This document shows, in pieces, positions 29,300 to 42,730 of a stretch of 64,000 bases of DNA. Numbering within the stretch: the first letter of the stretch is position 1; every line of letters begins with the position of its first letter. The notes beneath the pieces were generated by a model that saw only the letters and a list, made by a program, of their open reading frames with translations, did no database searches and was not told where the DNA came from. Position numbers and translations under genes: made by a program. The DNA is from the human T2T-CHM13v2.0 reference genome, Homo sapiens: assembly GCF_009914755.1 (NCBI RefSeq), contig NC_060938.1. One strand, 5' to 3'.

Positions 29300-30200
29300 T
29301 CTAGGCAAGATCTACTAAAGCTGAACATGTACATATTTTATGACCCAACAATTCTAATCCTGTGGCTACATCCAATCCAGATAAGTGCTATGTCTACCCT
29401 CCTGCCTGAAGTAACCAAAAATGGACAAAATATATGAAGCAATGGTTTTTAAGGCATTGTATATCAAGCAATGAAGCATAATGACCCCTGAGAGATGGGA
29501 AATGAATAAGGTGAGCCCTACAATTGTACTAGTTTACTGCTTTGAGAGAGTTTCTAGGCTGTGGTGCACGGAGGAATAACCCAGGAAGAGACTGGCAGAT
29601 TCCCTGAGTTGAAGCGAGTGCTGAGAACCCAGGGATACCAAGATGGCTAAAATTCTTAAGACAGAGTACTAGAGAAGAGAGACACAGAGAAAACTCTAGA
29701 GATCTGCAGAGATTTGCCTATGACAATTCAGCTGAGTGATTCCCATCATATGTTTGTGAGGAAACTATCTGAGGTTTAAAAAATAATCACTCAAAATGAA
29801 TAGAGGATACAGTACTCCATGCTCACACAGGGCTGGGAATAGTGCCTGTTTCCATCATCCAGACTGGAAAAACCTCAAGATTCCTGGGGCACTGAGTAGA
29901 ATACAGATAAAAGTCCTGCTTCATTAGTGAGGAATAATTAGCCCTAGACAAGCAATGCTCTAGTCCTGTACAACAAATGTGGTATGAAGATTATATGGTA
30001 TTGAGTTTATAAAATATGAAAAAGTAAAATATATAGCAACAGTAGCAAAATTTGGGATGGGAGAAATGAAAGTGAACTATTGGACAGTTCTCATACTATA
30101 CATGAAGTAGTGTATTACTCGAAGGTAGAGTATGCTAAAGATATATGCTATAAACTCTAAAATAACTAAACGAAACCACTAAAATAACAAGAGTCACAGT
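29300..30200 (+). mobile_element. Old L1M fragments
   Basis: L1M-like motifs: tatgacccaacaattctaatcct; ggacaaaatatatgaagcaatggtttttaag; gtatgctaaagatatatgctataaactctaaaataac. Confidence 0.6.
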
Positions 30201-30720
30201 TGTAATGGATATATCAACTTGACTGGCCTGCAGTGCCCAGGTATGTAGTCGAACATTATTCTGGGTGGTTTGATGAAAGTGACTTTGGATGAGATTAACA
30301 TTTAAATCTGTGGACTTTGAGTAAAGCACATGACCCTCCTTGATGTGAGTGGGTCTCATCCAGTCAGTAGAAGATCTGAATACAACAACAGACTGACCTC
30401 CCCAAGCAAGAAGGAATCCTGCTGGTAGAAGGCCTTTGGACTTGTACTGCAATACTGGCTCCTTCTTGGGCCTCCAACCTGCCAGCCTGCCTTGCAGATT
30501 TTGGACTTCCCAGTCTCCATGATCATGTGAGCCAATTCCTTAAAATAAATCTCTTTTATATATATGTGTGTGGGTGTATATATATGTGCATGGTGTATAT
30601 ATGTACATATGTGTGTATATATATGTGCATGCATGTATATGTGTATATGCGTGTGTATATGTGTGTGTATGTATATACACTCATTCTATTGGTTCTGTTT
30701 CTGGAGAACCATGACTAATA
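30201..30720 (+). mobile_element. MLT2 (ERVL) LTR containing a TA/TG microsatellite
   Basis: tcaacttgactgg...ggatgagattaacattt...gtgagccaattccttaaaataaatctc...ctattggttctgtttctggagaacc. Confidence 0.85.
30557..30680. repeat. Mixed (TA)n/(TG)n microsatellite
   Basis: tatatatatgtgtgtgggtgtatatatatgtgc... directly visible. Confidence 0.9.
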
Positions 30721-31230
30721 GTCAATAAGGCAACAAAGACAATTCCATTTACAAGAGTATTGAAAAGAATAAAATGCTTAGGCATATGTTTAACCAAGAA
30801 GTGTAAGACTTGTACACTGAAAACTACACAACATTACAACATTGCTGAAAGAAATTGAAGACTTATAGAAATGTAAAAATACCTCATATTCAAGGATTGG
30901 AGGACTTAATGTTGTTAAGATGGCAATAATCCTCAAACAAACCATGGTATGTCTGTCCACAGGAATACTCTACAGATTCCAGTGGACAGACATACCATGG
31001 TAATGGGTCAGAAGACTCAATATTATTAAGATGTCAGTTCTCCCCAATTTGATCTAAAGATTTAATGCTATCTCAATCAAAATTCCAGTGGGCTTCTTTT
31101 TGTAGAATACGACACATTAATTTAAAAACTCATATGGAAGTTCAAAAGGCTAGAAGAGCGAAAACAACTGTGGGAAAAAAGTTGGAAGACTTACACTATC
31201 TGATTATATAAGACTTGTTGTAAAACTAAG

Positions 31231-31625
31231 TGTAATATGGTTGGTTGATGGTTACTCTGCAAAATTCATGTTAAAACTTAATCCCCATTGCAACAGTATT
31301 AAGAGTTGGGCCCTTGAGAAAGAGATCAGGCCATGAGAGCTCCAACCTCACGAATGAATTTAGTGCCTTCTAAAAGGGACCTGGGAACTAGCTTGGCCCT
31401 TTTGCCCTTTTGCCATATGAGGACACAGCATTCATCTCTCTGGAGGATGCAGCATCAAGGCACTATCTTGGAAGCACAGACTGGGCTCTGAGCAGATACT
31501 GAAACTGCCAGTGTCTTGATCTTGATCTTGATCAGCACCTCCAGGACTGTGAGAAAAAAAGTCGGTGGTTGATAATTGCCTAGTTTCAGGTATTTTGCCA
31601 CAAGAAGCACAAATGGATCAAGACA
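31231..31625 (+). mobile_element. MST-family MaLR LTR
   Basis: aaaattcatgttaaaacttaatccccattgcaacagtattaagag...gaggacacagc...caaggcactatcttggaagca...ctccaggactgtgagaaa...aagaca. Confidence 0.8.
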
Positions 31626-32107
31626 ATAAACTAATCAGGACAATGTAATACTGGCATCAAGACAGACACATAGATCAATGCAACAGAATAGAGAGGCTGG
31701 AAAGACCTGTACATATGTGGAAAACTTGTTTTCAATAAAAGTGAAAAGGCAATGCTATGGAGAAAGGACAGTCTTTTCAACAAATGGTACTGGAACAACT
31801 GGATATCCACATGTACAAAGAGGAATTTCAGTTTGTATATACAAAGCATATACTTTGTACTATACACAAAAAAAATAAATCGAAATGGGTGATATATCTA
31901 AATGTAAAGGCCTAAAATTACAACACTTTTAGAAGAAAACGAAGAAAATCATTATGACCTTGGGTTACGGCAAAGATTTCCTATATATAACACTAAAAGC
32001 ACAATTTATGAAATATAAAGTTAATAAGTAGGACTTCATGGAAAACTTGTGCTCTTTAAGATAATGAAAAGATAAGCCACAAACTGTGAGAACATATTTG
32101 CAAATCA

Positions 32108-32470
<363 letters not shown>

Positions 32471-35400
32471 TCAACAAAAGAAAGCTAAATTAATAAGCAA
32501 AAGATTTAACACTTCACTAAAGAAGATGTGGATGGAAAATAAGCACATAAAAGGATGTTCAACATTACTAGTCATTAGGGAGAAGCAAATTAAAACCACA
32601 ATAAGATATTATACACCTATTATTAAAAATTAAATTAAAAATACTAAGGATACCAAGTGTTGGCTTGTATACAAATGTTCAGAACAGATTTATTTGTAAT
32701 AGCCAAACACTGGAAACAACCCAAATGTCCCTCAGCAGGAAAATGGATAAACTGTGGTATATCTATACATGGAGTCAGAGACAAAAGCAAGTGCAGATTA
32801 TGGAGACCCTGGTGAACAAGGCTTTGTAAACATGAAGCAGGAGTGTCAAAGGATCTGACCTGCATTTTAAAAAGTGTTCTCCAACTGCTGCAGGTCAAAG
32901 AGGTCATGGCAGGAGTGGGCATGAAAGCAGGGAAACCCTTTTGGAACTTCTACCGCAATAGCCCAGGAGAGAGGCGCTGCCAGTAGCTTAGACCAGAGGG
33001 TAGTAGTAAAAACAGAGAGAAAAGGGATAGTCTAACCCACTCTTCATTGCAGTTGACTCTCCAGACCAAAATCTTCAAGGTCAGTCACGAAGTCCCAGGC
33101 ATGTTCGTACTGCAATGCCTAATGAATTGGAGGCCACTGCTTATTGAACATCACATTTTGCATATGTCAGGAAAATAAAGATAATTCTTTGTATTTTTAT
33201 TTACCTGCATGTGCTATCTCATCTATCAGACTGCAAATAACCTGAAAATGTAAGACTACGTCTTTGCATTCTTCAGGTACCTGGTAGGGTGCCCTACTGA
33301 GAGTTTTAACTCAAATATGCATCACATGACATATCTCCATTCCGATCACAAATAACTACCTATTTGCTGTATGTACTGGTGACTGTGATTAGCAATATTT
33401 CACCCACCCTACTCTCTTTATTGGCTATCTCTCTTTTTTTAAATCCAGGGTCATTTAAGGCAATATGGGGAAATAAAAAAAGAATAAGCAGGCACACCTG
33501 ACTACCAAATCCTGCTATGTGGTAAAGAGCAGCTTCTCTCATAAAGAAAGCCAGCATCTCTGTGACTTCTGTGCAGATTCCAAGGTGAAACCCATTGTTA
33601 TACACATCATTAGTATTTATGTAGCAGCCTATGAATCATTCCCGAAATAAATGATGCCACTTGTGTTAAATGATTTCTTCCTAAGAAAAATCCCTGGGGG
33701 GTCTTTCCAGGCATGGCCTTGATGAAGATTCAGAACAAAAGAAATACAACACCCGACTCTCTGGTGCTGAATAAGTGGTGATATGCTCAGCTTTCTCTAT
33801 TCAATTCTCCACTGATAATTTGTGCCTAAATCGCATCATAATTGGGGGATAAACCGTTTTAAGGAGATGAGCCACAACTGTCAAAACGCTCTTCTCAAAA
33901 CTCGGCTGGTCATGATGTCCACACACTTCCATCCACCTGTCCCACGGTATCTTCCCCTCCCTCAGACTTACAGCCTAAAGTAGAGATTATTCTGATAAAG
34001 CCAATCTGAATCAGAGAACAGTCACCAGATTGAGCATTACTCTATGACAGAGAGAAGCTGTTGCTCTCAGTAAACACTAAAAGTGGTCCCTAAACTTTGT
34101 TCCATGGGGTTCAGGGATAGAGCTCAGTGCTTATCCAGCTTTTTGGTGTCTACACTATGAAGTATGGTTCCCTAGTTTTACTGGATGTCACTATTTTCCA
34201 CTGTGAAGGTAAGTAAGGGCATTATATTAAAATTGAGTAACAGGAACAACCATTATGTATAGTATGGTTTGTGTCAGGCAGATAATAAATTTATTGAAGG
34301 TTCATGCATACCAGTAAACAGACCTACTAATTTTGAATTTTCAAACCCTTTGCATAAAATTATTTTGGTACTAAAACCTCAGTTTACTTTGACTGAAATT
34401 TGAGGCAGAAATCATCAACTCTGCATTGGAAGGTAACCTATATTAGGTTTAAAGTTGTACTTAACGAGGGGCCAAATATGTGAAGTCCCTAGATCAACAA
34501 AACACTGCAAATTATAACTTCTATTGGCCCCTTCAAAAGCAATGTTTTGCATTCTTTTAATGTACAAACTAAAGTTCTGTTCAGCCTATTACACCAATTT
34601 GACATAATTAAAGTTCACTTAACCGATTTTACATGTACGGTTTGTACTTCTGCCTATGTAATCAAGGTAATACAGAGTTATAGAGTGGGAAGATATCTCA
34701 AGACGTTTATTCTCCACTCCAAATGTTACCTTTGGGCATGTTACCTTCTAAGATACATTATTTTAGTGTCTTTTTCTAACTTTTTTACTCTCATAAAAAT
34801 AACTTACAACCCATCCTAATACTTAAAAAGCGTGACAAGAAACTCTTCTTTCAGATTATGACTACAGCCATTTGCATTTGCTTATATTTTCTATTCTTGA
34901 AATTTGTCATTTAAATGGTCTCCAGTTTTCTTCATGTTCAAATTGTCCTGGTTCACTTAGTCTTCCTAAATAGACTCCCTACCCCATCACCACCACCTGT
35001 GTGGTCCTCCATTGACCCTAGCTGAGCTCTCCATGTCCCCCTTCAGATCTAAGTAGAATGGTTTAAAAATGCATCACAAAAATACGAAACACAACAAGTT
35101 CACATTCAGAGTTGGACTGGTCAGTACTGCTATTTGAGTATGCCAGCATTTTAAAAAACTAAGATGCTACATGCTCATGGCCATCTTGTTATCTGCCACG
35201 GTGCTTTATAGGCTCATTCTTTGGCCATATTCTTAAAGAGATCAGAGAAAAATGTAATTGACATTTGAAACATGTTTTTTTTTTTTCTCTAGAAACCACG
35301 CCAATATTTTGCATCCCATTATGTTCTTTTTTCACTACTTTCATATGGCAGGAAGCCCATTTTAAACTCCTTAAGAGAGAAAAAGCTATTTCCTTTCCTC

Positions 35401-35549
35401 ACTAAAGAACTTCACACTGGAGAGGCATGGCTTCTACTTCTATCCCTTCTCCAGCTCCCATTCCCAATCAAAGTAGAGCTAGGTGTTTAGCAGAGTTCCT
35501 TACACACAGTAAACATCAATAGAGCGTATCCACTGAATGAACACTATTA

Positions 35550-36075
35550 ATATTGGGTGATAGGTTGTTGGAAGTAGGAAGATGGCACTGAGGAAGAAAA
35601 GATTAAAAAATGAAAGGTGTTGCGTGAAGTCTGTTGGTAGGTGTAACTAGTAGTTGCCATGGCTTGAATAACTCCCATGGAGAAAGAATAACTTCCATGA
35701 ATATGTGCTGTAGGTCTTGCTTCATCAAGCTGTACATTAGGAATGTGCCAGATGATGCTGTCAGGGGCCAAAGGTTACAAGAACACTCACAATGCAGCAA
35801 CCAGCTGAATATTTACTACCTGCAGAAGCAAATGATAAAATATCTCCTCTCCAGAGCAAGGACTGTCTGCATGGCGTTGCTGCTTTCAAGCCATGGCCCA
35901 CTACTGGATGGTGCCTGGAGAGCTTGTGATAAGAATGGAGCACATTTTCCAAATGTGAATATCACTAACTCAGGAACTCTGATGTCTTTCCATAACCTAA
36001 ACTCAAATATCATTGCCTGGGACCATGGATCAAAACATTCACCTGACTCATCAGAGCTAGTAACTTTAAAAGAAC
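35550..36075 (-). pseudogene. Decayed olfactory receptor pseudogene fragment (N-terminus/TM1 to ECL2), class II OR5/OR8-like
   Basis: Collinear degenerate OR motifs across frameshifts: YLSLGY~YLxTLLGN; YSHL..MCSIL~DSHLHTPMYFFL; EC..LAPDSIIWH~ECxxxxxMAYDRYVAICH; FLMYSLMKQDL~PLLYSVIMSQRL; GSYSFSMGVIQAMATTSYTYQQTSRN~GSYxMGFxxAMAHTxxTFRLTFCN; FNLFFLSAIFLL~INHFFCDIPPLL. Spacing fits an OR. Confidence 0.7.
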
Positions 36076-39000
36076 CTGCCTCTCTGGGATGTGTGAGGAC
36101 ACAAAGGCAATGCATCTGCTCGAGAGTCTTTACTAATAATCTGGTGCCTCCATCTGACTCCATGGGCCCAGACCTCCATGGCCAACAGAGTAATTTCTTA
36201 ATTAGCCTTTGCTGGGCCTCCCGCATACCTTAGCACTAAGCAGTACCAGCACTTCTATAAAGAAGGAAAATTTTCCAGGAACTAACAATATCAAACAAAT
36301 AAACAGAGAAACTAAACTATGCCAAAATTCCCACGAAGACTTACTTTTTCAAACAGAAATTTTAGTCTATTAGCAAATCGGCAGATTCCTAGACACTCTC
36401 TAGTATGAATAAGAAATCCAAATGGGTCTCAGAAGATAAGCATTGAGGAGTAAAATGCAAAATAAAATATAAAAAAAGGAAAGACAAATGTATTTGTGCC
36501 TGGCAATGCAAACCTACATTGGCAAATCAGGAATTACAAATAAGATAACCGGCCACAGTTCTCCAAGTGTCTTTTTATTGAATCTTTTCTCAGCTGCTGT
36601 GACTTCATACCTGAAGTCAGTGATAACATACAATGCTAGGCATGCACATTTTGGAGTTCCAAGGCACTTGAGACCCTGTATAGCAGAGACACATAGGCCA
36701 TCACAAAACCCTAAGAGTTGACAAAATCATGACAATTCTAAGCAGCCTTAGAGGAAGTGACTGACACAGTGACTAACAAAGGCCACTTTAGGGTTTGATG
36801 TTGTTACAAGGATAGAGTGAATGCCTCTCTCCTATATGTCTCTGCTAAAGAGGTCAAGGAAGTCAACGAGAGTAGGGAGATGCCACGGTCCACCCAGTGG
36901 TAGTGCAATGGCTACCCTCTTGACCACAGGCCATCATCCTTAGATCCTTATAGTTAGAACTCTGTGCATGCCTGGGATGCCTTCACAGCCACCTCCTCCA
37001 AATCTAACGTGTGTCCATCCTTCACAGGCCAAGTCTACATCTTCCCTCTGCCACATGGCTTTCCTCAGAAATCCAGCTCACACTTCTTGCCTTTCCCAAA
37101 ATGTTTTTTATTTTTCTCTGTAACATTCATTTTGGGACTTTGTTGTGCCGAATCTGATTCAGAAACATAATGGAAACATGCTATTTGCAAGCAAATGGTT
37201 CGTCCTAAACTGCCAGGTTGTTTTTTATTTGTAATTTAATAGGTTAAGCTGTTTTTGTACATCTTATTCATTCTATTCATTTGCTTGGGAAGTATTTTCA
37301 CCCTACAGGTAACGCAAAGGGAAGCTTCAGCCAAATTCATCATGAATTTATAAAAAATTCTAAATTCAGAACGCATAAGCCTCCCTCAAATAAAAATGTA
37401 TCCCCTGATAAGCTTGCCGTAGGATCTTGTTTATTAGTAGTTTGCTATTCTAGGCAAAATAGAATATAGTCCCTTCTTCTCAACGGTTTTCAGGTTACAT
37501 TTAGATAAAAAAAAAAATTCAAGCAAGAAATGGTAGTTCAGGGCCAACAGAGGGTTCAACAAGCCAGAAGAGCCAGGACAGTTTTCAGAGGAAGGCAAGT
37601 TCTGAAGAAAGACTCAAAGAAAGGAAGAAACTGAATCCCTCAGGGGAGGAAGAATGAACACACAGCATAGTCACTCTCTCATGTGTCCCAATGAATGGTA
37701 AAAAAGCCACATTTCCAGAGGTAACAGAGTAAAAGATGGAGTGGAAATGGCTATGAAGTGATTGGTTTGGGATTCTAATGAAATGAACAATGAGAACGGT
37801 GACTTCCATCTCTGGACTCAAGCCATTGTGGTGTCCCCATAGAAGGAAGTACGGGAAAGGTCAGTGCCTTCTGCGTGCGACATTTGTTTTTCCTCCTTAG
37901 TGTTGGACAACAACCACTAACTTTCTCCCTTTTCCTGAGGACTCTTTTGTAAGGAGATTCATTTTGCAGATGAAAATCCACACCCTGGTTCACTCTTCTC
38001 TGAATGACGGGAACAATGAGGGTGTAGGACAAGAATGCAGGAACAGTGTCCAAGCATAACTGATGCTGGCTGTGTCTGCCTGAACTCCTGTGCATACTCT
38101 TTTCCTAAGACAATATGTATAACAATGCATAGACCACCATGCCCACCTTGGATAGACAGATGCCTTCTTTTGCTGATGTGCAGATGCAAAAGCCCTTCGT
38201 TGTCAATTCTGCTGCCCTACAAATGAGATAAGGGAAGCATTTGTAGGATCACAAACTAAAGTTAGTATTCACTGAGCACTCCAAACGGGAACTTCCAAAT
38301 TTTAAGTAACGGCAATTTTTAAGAGATGGAGGAAGAAAAAAACCACTTGCTTTTTCCTTGGAAAATTGCTCACTCCCTCTCTCTTCCTTTTGAGGGTACA
38401 GGGAATATTTTCTGGCCAGTCGTCTGAATTGAGGGCAGGGTGTTGTGGGGAGGGCATCCCTATTAAAGCTAGGGACAAGGGAGATGAGAGGGATAGTCAC
38501 TCAGATTCTGATGTCCAGTGCTTATGCCCTAATTTCAGATTTGTATTATGGGACTCATTATACTACTAGCCTCCATTTCTAGCCAACATTTCCATAGAGT
38601 GTTGCTCAGGTATGTTCAGAAGAGTGTGGAAAGCCCCTTGCCCTAGTTCCACCGACGGGTACAGACTTTATTATGCTATAGGGTCCATCCCACCCATGCC
38701 GTCTCAGCCACTATCCTTGAAAGGCTCTGGAGAAACACAGCCAGAATCCAAATCGCTCCCAAATGTAAACAAGCTTTGTTCACCAAAGCATAAAGCCAAG
38801 CAGAAAGCTAGGATGGTCCATGTATTGTCACAGGTAGAAGGTCATTTTAATTCAAAGAGTAAAGCTAATTAAGTGACTATTTTTCAGATATGAGAAAAAA
38901 GTTGTTTGCTGAGACAACAAAGTAGAAGGAAATTTATGTGAGAATCCATAACATGTTTCCTGCTGGGGGTCTTAGACAAGGTCCCTTTGCAGGGGTCCCA

Positions 39001-39309
39001 GCACTACACGGTGGCTCTTTCAAAGAATTACACATCGACCGGCTGTCTCCTGAGAGGATGGGGATGCTCCTTCCTGACTCCCTGTGAGTGGGAACACGCT
39101 CATTAAAATGGCTCTCCAGTGGAAGCCAGTGTTTCTGCTATCAAATCACCCTATCATTCCTCGCCTGCTCCATCATGGGCCAAAACAGCACAGGATTTGG
39201 CCTAGAAACTAAGCAATCCCTTCTGCAAAGGAAGCTGCTCTACATGGAGAATGAACCTTGTACCCATTAGCACTGACTGCAGCTAACTGAATAACAGCAG
39301 CAGCTCTAA

Positions 39310-39480
39310 CAGGGAGGAAGCATCGGAGAGAAAGCCCTGGACCGGGAGTCAGGAGGCTGGGGGTCCTGTGCCCATTCTGCCTACCTGTCCATGGACATTA
39401 CATGTGTCTTTTCCTATCTGGGTCTCAAAAACACCAGATGAGAAAGACCCTAAGAGCGCCCTCACAATTCTATGAGTCAC
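39310..39480 (+). mobile_element. MIR fragment
   Basis: agaaagccctggaccgggagtcaggaggctgggggtcc...ttctgcctacct. Confidence 0.55.
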
Positions 39481-41504
39481 AGAAGTGCATGCTGCCCACT
39501 GTGATGCCCCTTCTCTCAAGCCTGGAGATCTCACTGATAAAATGAGAAACAGAATACCACTTTATAGATAAAAATAGTATGATTGATCTTTACATAAAAG
39601 CTGAAAATGTATAATGTCTATTCATTTTAAACGTCCAACACACAAAGAATCTTCAACTCTTTATGTCCAGGCATTGTTTTAGGACTCATTTGAGATTCTT
39701 AAAAAGATTGTTGGATGAACTGTTGGGGTGGGGTAGCAAGGGGAGGACTCTTGGCAGGAAGGAGCTTCATGCTATGAGAAATCTATTCTGTTGAAAGTGG
39801 AAAGATGTTATGCTCATAACTTTCCTAAATTCCCCTGGAGGGAATCATAGCCGAATATGAGACATTTATGTAAATTTTCTATTTCACTTAAGAGGAATTT
39901 AAACTGCCAACACTTGAATCATAAAGCAGTGTGACTATTCTTCTGGAAAAATCTGAAGGCACAAATAACATTCATCAAAAAATATTTACTGTGTGCATAC
40001 TGAAGGAAAAGTGACACAAGGGGTAAGGGTGGCGGGAGGGGAAATGAGTTGAGGGGTGGAAATAGGTACAAGGTGATTGAAGTGCAGTCATATTCATCAG
40101 GGGGTTCACATTTCAGAAGAGAAATGACAAGTTCCTAAGCGTTGAAATAGTGGCAGGATATGATAAATACGGCACTGTGTATTTATTATCATCACAAGTG
40201 TATAACACCAAACAGAGTGGAGGGGTGGGGTGAGAGGTGGGTTTTTGGTGGATGCAGGACAGCTTCTTTATGAAAGCAGTGTCATTTGTGCTGTGGGTGG
40301 AAGGCTGATAAGGATCAAGGAAAAGAGAAGCAAGGCAGATCTCATTTAACTCTGAAACTACCCTTGTGCTTCCATAACTAAAAAGAGGAACCCTACTAAC
40401 CGGGAAGGCCTGCCTTACAGGTACAGAAATAAAGCCAGCCAGAGAGCAGCTGATTTCTTTTAGATTGCCTTGACCTGGGATGAATCTTAAGGCAACTCAT
40501 ATCCTGGCCAAGAATTCTGGATACTCTATGCTCAAACTTAATGTTTAGGAAGTAATCTTGTTAAATACATATTTATATTGAAAAGCAGAACTCCAAACTT
40601 CCTCATCTTGTTTCCTGGCCTCAACACAAAGGCACTATTATTTTCTTGAAAAGGAAATTATTCCAGTGCCCCTGCCCAGGCTCTGACAACACATGTTTGC
40701 CCTCAATCTCCTTCCTCTTCTTGCAAGGACACCCATAGTTATAACTCACATTAGTATGGGGCAGCACAAGGGGTTTGACATAGAAGCAGCAATGATGTAC
40801 TTGTGTTTCTGCTTAAACTGTGGAAACGATGTTCCTGAGAGAGAACACTGAGAATCTTACTTCCCTTGAGATACGCTATCCATTAGCAATTCAGCTGCAG
40901 GGCGAGGTTCACTTAATTTTAAAATGTAAGTCAAGAGCCTAAAATTGGTAATTGGGCATTTAATTGGGTCTGCGAAGGCACTTACTGGATTTTAACAGCT
41001 TCAACTGGTAATGTTTAAGAACATTAAAAATTAGAGCAATGATGAATCAGATGCAAATGGAAAGTGAATGAATTTTGGCACTATAATTTAACACACAGTT
41101 AAGTAGTGTTTTGAGCTGAAGATGTTAAGCCTGGTTGGTTTTCTTAAATTTTCTTATATGCCAGGGATTATCAAAATATTTCACTCTTTAAGCTTGGCTT
41201 CCCTTCTCATAAAACTCTACTTTGAAGAGTTCAATTCAGCAGGTATATATTTGGCCTAATTGCAATCAGTATTGCTTAAGCTTATAGGGAATGCTAAGAA
41301 GTATGAGCTTTATTAATATAGCGTGGTTAAACAAAACAAAGAACATCTGTGAACATATTAGAAATCTGGTCACTCACTGGGGCATCCAGAAGACATTGGC
41401 TGGACATCTGCTAATTGAATACAATGGCTCTTTTATGATGGTCTGTACTCAAAGACCTCAAAACCATTTTATAAATGCTGCCAGTGCTTGCTGACTACTT
41501 GTTC

Positions 41505-42730
41505 TTTTTAAAATTTTATTTTAAACATGCAATACATTTTCACACAATCAAAAAATAACATATTGAGACATCTTACTCCCATCTCTGTGTCCATCTACTC
41601 CTTTCCATTCCTCTTCCCCTGCCTTCCTGTATACCTTTAGAGAATTTCTTTACATGGAAATAACAATAAACAGTCTCATTTCCTCCCTTTCTTACACAAA
41701 AGGTAGCATATTATATACATATTCTTTCCTTCCTTCCTCCCTCCTTCCCTCTTTTCCTTATTATTTTATCTCGGAACTCCTCAAGATTCGTGGAAAAAAT
41801 CTAAATTCACAGCAAACTTCTTCCTACTTTGTATAGCTGCATAACATTAACTCCATTCTAAGGATGAAACATGAACTACTTAACCAGTCCCCCACTGATG
41901 GATAGTGAGTTGTTTCTAATCTTTTACTATTGCAAACAATGCTGCATAAATAATTTTGCAAGTATGTTTTGAGAATAAAGTTCCAGAAGTGGATTGGATT
42001 ACACACTTAAAGAGCAAATGTACTTGTAATTTTAATAAATATTACCACTGGCCTTCTATAAGCAATGTAACATCTTGCACTCCCACCAGAAATCTATATC
42101 TATTTCCTCATATACATGCCAAAACAGTGTGTAGTCAAGCTATGCTTTTTGCCAATTTGAGAGATGAGAAATTATATCTCAGTGTAGTTTTAACTTGCAT
42201 TTGTCTTATTATTGGTGAGGTCCATTTGTATTTAGTGAATCATCTGTTCATTTTTTCTTTTTGCCCATTTTTCTATTGTGTTGACCACCTTTTTCTTAAT
42301 GGTTTCTAGTGGTTTTTTCTATTCTAAGGAGATTAGCCCTTTGTGATTTGAGTATTCTCCCAGTATGGCATTTGTCTTTTGACTTATGGGGATTTGCACC
42401 ATGACATTTTGGCAGTTTTGTTTTGTTATGCTTTTTTTAAAAAATAGTCATTCATCAATGTTTTCTTCTATGGTGTCACGATTTTCAGTCGTGGTCAGGA
42501 AATCCTTCCCTACACCAAAGAATCTGCTTTAAAAAATTTTCTGGTTTTACTTTTTAATATTTAAATATTTCATCTGTTTGAAATTTATGAAGTAGGGTCA
42601 CGTATGCATTCAACTTTATTTTTTCCATATTGTGATTTAGTTATTCTAACACCATTTCTTAACACTTTATCTTTTCCTCACTGATTTGAGATACTAATTT
42701 TATCCTATACCAAATTCTCCATACATTTTT
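41505..42730 (-). mobile_element. L1ME-type 3' relic
   Basis: Antisense L1 3' motifs: aaccagtcccccactgatgga...ttgtttcta; tatctcagtgtagttttaacttgcatttg; ttgcccatttttctattg. Confidence 0.8.

Noticed and set aside
35816-36226. ORF containing TVLALERRYFIIC, resembling an opsin/GPCR ERY motif
   Set aside because: By position in the OR alignment it falls in ECL1; the true DRY-equivalent is LAPDS at 35771. The resemblance is coincidental.
35634-36233. Longest ORF in the window (199 aa, + strand)
   Set aside because: TTG start, no recognisable domain, and antisense to the OR relic; most likely a chance open frame.
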